Source of the DNA: Tubiluchus corallicola | Taxonomy: Eukaryota; Animalia; Priapulida | Direction: 5' to 3' | NCBI GenBank assembly: GCA_030141605.1 | Contig: JAQGDQ010000183.1 | Span: forward strand, 238,241 to 302,240 | DNA: 64,000 bases | Shown: in pieces, positions 60,301-64,000 of the stretch | Numbering within the stretch: the first letter of the stretch is position 1 | Layout: each line of letters starts with the position of its first letter | Translations under genes and position numbers: made by a program | The notes under the pieces: model-generated | The model's input: the letters and a program-made list of their open reading frames with translations, nothing else | The model's database searches: none | Told to the model about the DNA's origin: nothing

Positions 60301-62373
60301 TGATAGTTAAAAAAACAATAACGGTCAATTGGTTAGTGATTACAATATTTATGCTGTACATACATGATTTATAATTTCTGTTAGTTCAAAGTGACCACAG
60401 GGCAAATATTGGTGAAAACAAATAAGTTTGACCACTGGCCAGAGTTAGCGCTGATAAAGAGGCCTCAGGAACAGGGCCGTGGAGTTGGAGGCGGGAGTAA
60501 ATTTACTGCTAAAGGAATCAGAGTCGGATTTGTTAAAACTTAGGGTTTTGGTGTCGGAGTCGGAACTCGGGAGTACACTTACTGTTAGAGGAGTCGGTAA
60601 AAAATACTGTTGTTGGCATACTTCCGTCTCAGAAGACAATGGAGTGTGTGTCAAGAGAGTCAGTTATTGATCACACTGATGGAGCTGCAGCATCGACTGT
60701 GGCTGAGCTGTCCGATCCCTGAAGGTCTACTCCTCTACACATGGCCGTTGGGTCACGTGGCCTCCTCCGCCCTCTAGCCGTTGGCTGCTTGTGCCGCTCC
60801 TCCGCCTAGTGTCGAGATACAGTGTGGGAATCCCACAGGCCTACAGCACCTGGTATTCCTAGCTCGTTAGCACCCATCCAAGTACTAACTAGGCTCTACG
60901 TTGCTTAACTTCGGTGATCAGACGAGATACGGTGTTTTCAACGTGATATGGCCGTAGACAACGGTAAAAAATAGACAAACTCAAACTCCGGTTACTTTCA
61001 ACTTTTAACAGATTTATGCATAACATCCCATTTTGGGTGTCCATGCAGCTAGACTAGTTTTGAGCATAAGAAGTAGTGATGAAATGTCACTGTAGCTAAA
61101 TATTGAGAAACTACAAACCATTACTTAAAGAGAGGACTCGGAGTAGGGAGTTGGGGCTCCTAAAATTTTAGGAGTCAGAGTCAGAGTCAGATTTGAATCT
61201 TCTAAAATTCTAGGAGTTGGAGCCAGGAGCCAAAATCGGGAGTTTAATGTACCGACCCCACATCCTGCTCCCGGAATCAGAGTAGGATTTGAATCTTCTA
61301 AAATTCTAGGAGTCGGAGTCGGAGCCAGAATCGGGAGTTTAATGTGCCGACCCCGCATCCTGCTCCCGGAATCAGAGTCGGATTTGAATCTTCTAAAATT
61401 CTAGGAGTTGCAGCCAGGAGCCAGAATCGGGAGTTTAATGTACCGACCCCACATCCCTGCTCAGGAAGAAATAGCATACAGGCAATGCAGCCATTGATAA
61501 CTGAGCATACATATACGAGTGTTACTACGTTATGTACTGATAAAAAAAGTATCTATATAAACTATGGTACACTAATGAATGAACTTGCAAGTATTTTTTT
61601 ATCAACGTTTGAACAATATTTAAAATAATTATATTTTAGTCTGAACAATTTTTCTCATAGCATACAAAATGGCAAGAGTGCGACCAAAATTCCTTTTTCT
61701 GTGTATAAGCCCACTGTCTTGTGAACCCGATAAAAAAAGAATGGATGAGTGAACAAAAAAAAGGACTGGGAGAAAGGTTAGATCACACAGGAAGGGTAGA
61801 AGGATGTGTTAGTGGAAATGGTAGGAAGAAAGACAATAGATTGTGCTATGTTGACATCAGCTCTAAAGATTTATCAATGATGCCTTGTTTTGCATAATCT
61901 GTACATGAATATGAATATGGATTCTCTATGAATATGGATATCATTTCTGTATATGAATATGGATTGTTTGTTTACAAGTTTTATAAGGCGTAATCAGAAC
62001 GAGCTTTTCCTATTAAAGGGAACTGCTATTCGAGTTGCTCATCCTTTAAGGAAATCCGTTTGTGAAATTGAAACGGACAAGTTCTGTTGTACAAATCTAC
62101 AGATTTCATCACAGCAAATGTAAAAAAACACGTTAAAAAAAGTAACAAGAATTCCTAGAAACATCTTGAACTCAAGCACCAAACCTGAAACTCGTTCTTA
62201 AATTCTCCGTCTCTTCGTTTCCCAGTGACCACCTCTAAAAGTTTCGCAACCTCGATGGTAGTCTTGGTCGATGTTACGAACGCCACGTTTTCGTAAATGG
62301 CCGCTCCATCTTCCTTCTCGTTGAGGTCTGCGCTTTCGGCAGTCGGAGACGATTCTGGCAACTGTCCATCCAC
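36256..62373 (-). CDS. Receptor-type protein tyrosine phosphatase, cytoplasmic region (juxtamembrane, D1 and D2); 15 exons, 1851 nt, 5'-incomplete
   Basis: All 14 introns are GT-AG with compatible phases. Motifs: [46 protein letters not shown] in D1; KNRC, DYINAV, TQTPL, DFW, YWP, HCYDGATRCG in D2; ends YANFR*. Confidence 0.95.
36763..36898 (-). CDS. PTP D2 exon (P-loop remnant)
   Basis: 136 nt: (Y)[18 protein letters not shown]...RPQFLPTC|gtaagt. Confidence 0.9.
36881..37040. repeat. Exact 80-bp tandem duplication spanning a splice acceptor
   Basis: 36881-36960 is identical to 36961-37040. Confidence 0.95.
37389..37860 (-). mobile_element. MITE-like dispersed repeat, inverted relative of 48975-49494
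   Basis: Starts cagtggcgactcctag; internal sequence is reverse-complement-similar to 48975-49494; a further fragment lies near 47100-47300. Confidence 0.6.
38142..38388. repeat. 31-bp minisatellite, 8 copies
   Basis: Unit tattgtttttaatatcattcaactgtaaccc. Confidence 0.95.
38524..38681 (-). CDS. PTP D2 exon
   Basis: 158 nt: [23 protein letters not shown]...MVLAHC, TA|gtaagt. Confidence 0.9.
39935..41754. repeat. 29-bp minisatellite, about 60 copies
   Basis: Unit ggtactgatggcaaagaaaaccaggtgat; stop-free on the minus strand, hence long spurious ORFs. Confidence 0.97.
42392..42520 (-). CDS. PTP D2 exon
   Basis: 129 nt: [24 protein letters not shown]...NNKK|gtacgt. Confidence 0.9.
42874..43257 (-). 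mobile_element. Inverted, diverged copy of the CAGGGATGAGAAT MITE
   Basis: Reverse complement of the interior of 58497-59018. Confidence 0.85.
43428..43526. mobile_element. 99-bp hAT (Charlie-like) MITE
   Basis: TIR caggggtgtgcaaa/tttgcacactcctg, 8-bp TSD CACTATGC; a related end begins at 63979. Confidence 0.85.
43623..44113. mobile_element. hAT-type MITE, 491 bp
   Basis: Imperfect TIR cagggtgcataagattatggatat/atatccataatcttaggcagcctg, 8-bp TSD GTTATTAA. Confidence 0.9.
44175..44312 (-). CDS. PTP D2 exon
   Basis: 138 nt: [26 protein letters not shown]...KTDQ|gtattt. Confidence 0.92.
44390..45020 (-). mobile_element. Decayed CR1/L2-like LINE 3' fragment
   Basis: [18 protein letters not shown] near 44520-44575 and VPHGS near 45000. 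Confidence 0.55.
45315..45633. mobile_element. hAT-type MITE rich in TTCGAA palindromes
   Basis: TIR tagaggtgaacat/atgctcaccccta, 8-bp TSD CTATGAAC; related fragment near 988-1030. Confidence 0.85.
45715..45788 (-). CDS. PTP D2 exon
   Basis: 74 nt: (A)[24 protein letters not shown]|gtaagt. Confidence 0.92.
47346..47439 (-). CDS. PTP D2 first exon
   Basis: 94 nt: [32 protein letters not shown]|gtgagt. Confidence 0.88.
48170..48690. repeat. 24-bp minisatellite, about 21 copies, partly alternating as a 48-bp dimer
   Basis: Unit agacagtcatagctg(t/c)agcactt(a/t). Confidence 0.95.
48708..48857 (-). CDS. PTP D1 end and linker exon
   Basis: 150 nt: [15 protein letters not shown]...GLQKQYE|gtaaga. 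Confidence 0.93.
48975..49494 (+). mobile_element. MITE-like element
   Basis: TIR cagtggcggctcgt/acgagccaccactg; TSD not clear. Confidence 0.7.
49826..50085 (+). mobile_element. tRNA-derived SINE with Meta-type core (MetaSINE)
   Basis: A box TTTAGTGG, B box GAGTTCGAACC, core gggtcataccaaagactttaaaaatggtac...cctgcctgacac, AATAAA and (ATT)n tail. Confidence 0.75.
50296..50431 (-). CDS. PTP D1 catalytic P-loop exon
   Basis: 136 nt: (S)[13 protein letters not shown]...[12 protein letters not shown]|gtaagc. Confidence 0.95.
50475..50797 (+). mobile_element. 3'-truncated copy of the CAGGGATGAGAAT MITE, filling most of a 380-bp intron
   Basis: Left TIR variant cagagatgagaat; matches the left part of 58497-59018. 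Confidence 0.85.
50812..50969 (-). CDS. PTP D1 WPD-loop exon
   Basis: 158 nt: [23 protein letters not shown]...IILIHC, AG|gtagat. Confidence 0.95.
51268..52625. repeat. 50-bp minisatellite, about 27 copies
   Basis: Unit catacaacagaccatggaatttgcattagaacatggtgcccattgtttgc. Confidence 0.97.
53122..53241 (-). CDS. PTP D1 exon
   Basis: 120 nt: [22 protein letters not shown]...FIITE|gtttgt. Confidence 0.93.
53252..53848. repeat. 27-bp minisatellite, about 22 copies
   Basis: Unit catggtgtagaaactacgcatacaaaa. Confidence 0.97.
54673..56384 (-). mobile_element. 5'-truncated CR1/L2-group LINE
   Basis: TSD GGACAC (54667-72 and 56385-90), (CTATGT)n tail, 3'UTR with a stem-loop near 54764-54805. Confidence 0.9.
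55197..56384 (-). pseudogene. Uninterrupted but 5'-truncated LINE reverse transcriptase (about 395 codons)
   Basis: [46 protein letters not shown]; no endonuclease domain or native start. Confidence 0.93.
56835..56966 (-). CDS. PTP D1 exon
   Basis: 132 nt: [30 protein letters not shown]...ENYK|gttagt. Confidence 0.95.
56970..58215. repeat. 43-bp minisatellite, about 29 copies
   Basis: Unit gtagaaaacaatgctattgatcaacgtgttgcagcaacaatca; abuts the acceptor CAG. Confidence 0.97.
58497..59018 (+). mobile_element. Full-length ~520-bp MITE
   Basis: TIR cagggatgagaat/attctcatccctg; flanks catgtg/catttg (6 bp, 1 mismatch). Confidence 0.9.
59179..59252 (-). CDS. PTP D1 exon
   Basis: 74 nt: (Y)[24 protein letters not shown]|gtaagt. 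Confidence 0.95.
59565..59652 (-). CDS. PTP D1 first exon
   Basis: 88 nt: [30 protein letters not shown]|gtaagt. Confidence 0.93.
59702..60245 (+). mobile_element. 5S rRNA-derived SINE (SINE3-type), copy 1
   Basis: Complete 5S head at 59702-59821 with no T-run terminator, ~420-bp GC-rich body, 14-bp TSD gaactatta(t/c)tgtt. Confidence 0.88.
60472..61458. mobile_element. GGAGTC-rich MITE-like repeat hosting SINE copy 2
   Basis: caggg...ccctg ends, many ggagtc/ggagtt motifs, three ~90-100-bp internal repeats at 61160-61458. Confidence 0.5.
60607..60959 (-). mobile_element. 5S rRNA-derived SINE, copy 2 (internal ~200-bp deletion)
   Basis: 5S head at 60959-60838, same body and tail, ending (CAA)n; 12-bp TSD cggtaaaaaata (60595-606 and 60962-73). 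Confidence 0.88.
62185..62373 (-). CDS. PTP juxtamembrane exon
   Basis: VDGQLPESS...AAIYENVAF...[10 protein letters not shown]...EFKNEFQ|gtttgg; 5' boundary less certain. Confidence 0.85.
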
Positions 62374-62527
62374 CTGTATCCTATGTACACGACTTTTGTA
62401 AGTTCAAAAGATCAACATCAGTGAGTAAAAAAGATACAAGGAGAAGATCAGGATCTGCCAGCGGGGTGATTAGTCTAGGGGTCAGTTGCATTTGACCCGT
62501 CTTCTAAGAATAAGGGCGTCTTAACTA

Positions 62528-63035
62528 CAGGAATGAGAATGACAAATTGCAAAAAACTCTGAAACAGGCCGGGGGTTTGGGGGCTGCGTAGGCCCCCACG
62601 GGGGTTCAAGGGGCAAAGCAACAAATTGCAGTTTTGTGACCATAGAGAGCCCCTAAGTGGACTTAAAATATCAATTACCTTGTTTCATGCATAATTTAAA
62701 ATACCCAACTATCAAAGATACATGATACCTAATTTTCTCAAAAACGCCTAAGTACTGGCCGCTCCTATGCAAAAGTATATAAAAACTGTCTGCAATTGAC
62801 TCAAATAACTCCACACAATTGATTCTATATTTTAATACATAGAGATACACACGTGGTTACACTGATGTACGTGATGTAAACAAAGTGACGGCCTGCCAAC
62901 TAGCGGTCAGCTTGCGAAATAATGTACTGGGTCCATAAAAATTTTCTCAACGAATTTAGGCGATTTACAAAAATGGCACTACTGGTCTTCCAAAAACTCA
63001 GAATTCCGCATATTCGCGGAAAATTCTCATCCCTG
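62528..63035 (+). mobile_element. Full-length copy of the CAGGGATGAGAAT MITE
   Basis: Both TIRs present; exact 6-bp TSD TAACTA. Confidence 0.9.
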
Positions 63036-63129
63036 TAACTAGTGATGGGCAATTTTGAAATTTTCCTAATTAAATTACAATCTTGTTCTTGCAATTCTAT
63101 ATTACAATTAATCTTTCGCAGTAATTTTT

Positions 63130-63696
63130 TAGTGTTTTAGCCACATTTTTCAAACTTTGCAGGCCTGAAATCTATAAACTTCTTCATCACTGTCGGCCAT
63201 TTTCCTACTTACAAACTAATTTTTAGGGACACGCATCTTCATTAACTACTCTATTACTATGTCAACTACACACATCACATGAAAATGAATTTGAATTCCT
63301 CAGTTTGAAACACTGTGTTATTTTGATTTATATGTAATTATTAGTTTTGTTTTTGATGAGTTTAAATTTTCCATTTTGTTTGCTAATTTAAATTTTGTCT
63401 CTTCTCACAGCCAAATTTATTTACGGTTTCTAAATTTAAACTCATTTGAACTTGTTGCCTCATTTATTTTTATTTTATTTTTCTTTTGTTAAGTTGCTCA
63501 TTATTTTCATTTGTACACACCTTACTTGACAGGTCAGTTAATTTTCTTCAGTTTGGATAGGGGTGGTTGACTTGGTGACCCTTGGTCTTTTCGCCACCCC
63601 GTCTCTTTTCCGTCTTTATTTTAGTTTTTAGCTTTTGTTTATGTTTATTTTATAACATTCAGAGACAAATAAATTTTTTACTTACTTACTTACACA

Positions 63697-63730
<34 letters not shown>

Positions 63731-63742
63731 TACTTACTTACT
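63130..63742 (+). mobile_element. Decayed L2/CR1-like 3' end with (TACT/TGCT)n tail
   Basis: Stem-loop ggggtgg...ccacccc near 63560-63600, AATAAA at 63668, tetranucleotide tail. Confidence 0.5.
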
Positions 63743-64000
63743 GCGTGGTTTGCAATTGTGTGTGATGTACTGTGTAAGGTGAGAAAAACAAAAAAATGCA
63801 GTTTATATGTGCTAAAAACACTGCCTTTTAATCAGTGTGTGACGCGTATGTTTTGCTCCCGATTAACTGAATTACTGTTCAGTAGTCTATTATATTGATT
63901 CATACTTGGTTGTAATCTGGATTAATTTGATTAATCTATTAATCGTCCATCACTAAATATGGAGTCATTCCACTACATCAGGGGTGTGCAAATTATCTGA

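Overview
AT-rich invertebrate animal genomic DNA, not prokaryotic. The right half (36256-62373, minus strand) holds 15 in-frame GT-AG exons encoding the cytoplasmic part (616 aa) of a tandem-domain receptor-type protein tyrosine phosphatase. It has an active-looking D1 ([10 protein letters not shown]), a degenerate D2 (HCYDGATRCG) and a C-terminal YANF motif; its 5' exons were not found and probably lie beyond the window. Its introns are packed with private minisatellites, hAT-type MITEs, a MetaSINE, two tail-to-tail 5S-derived SINEs and an RTE with a nested CR1/L2 LINE. The left half is a rearranged, nested-insertion zone. It contains a 5.6-kb foldback (1.85-kb inverted arms with Polinton/Maverick-like AGTAGT termini) and a shattered intermediate-filament exon interrupted by a LINE, which is itself interrupted by a pogo-like transposon. 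It also contains an 80-bp satellite, a young but defective 10.6-kb Ty3/Gypsy provirus whose empty site is visible 4 kb away, a solo LTR, an orphan trypsin exon and a candidate secreted Cys-rich peptide gene. All calls were read by eye and no searches were run.
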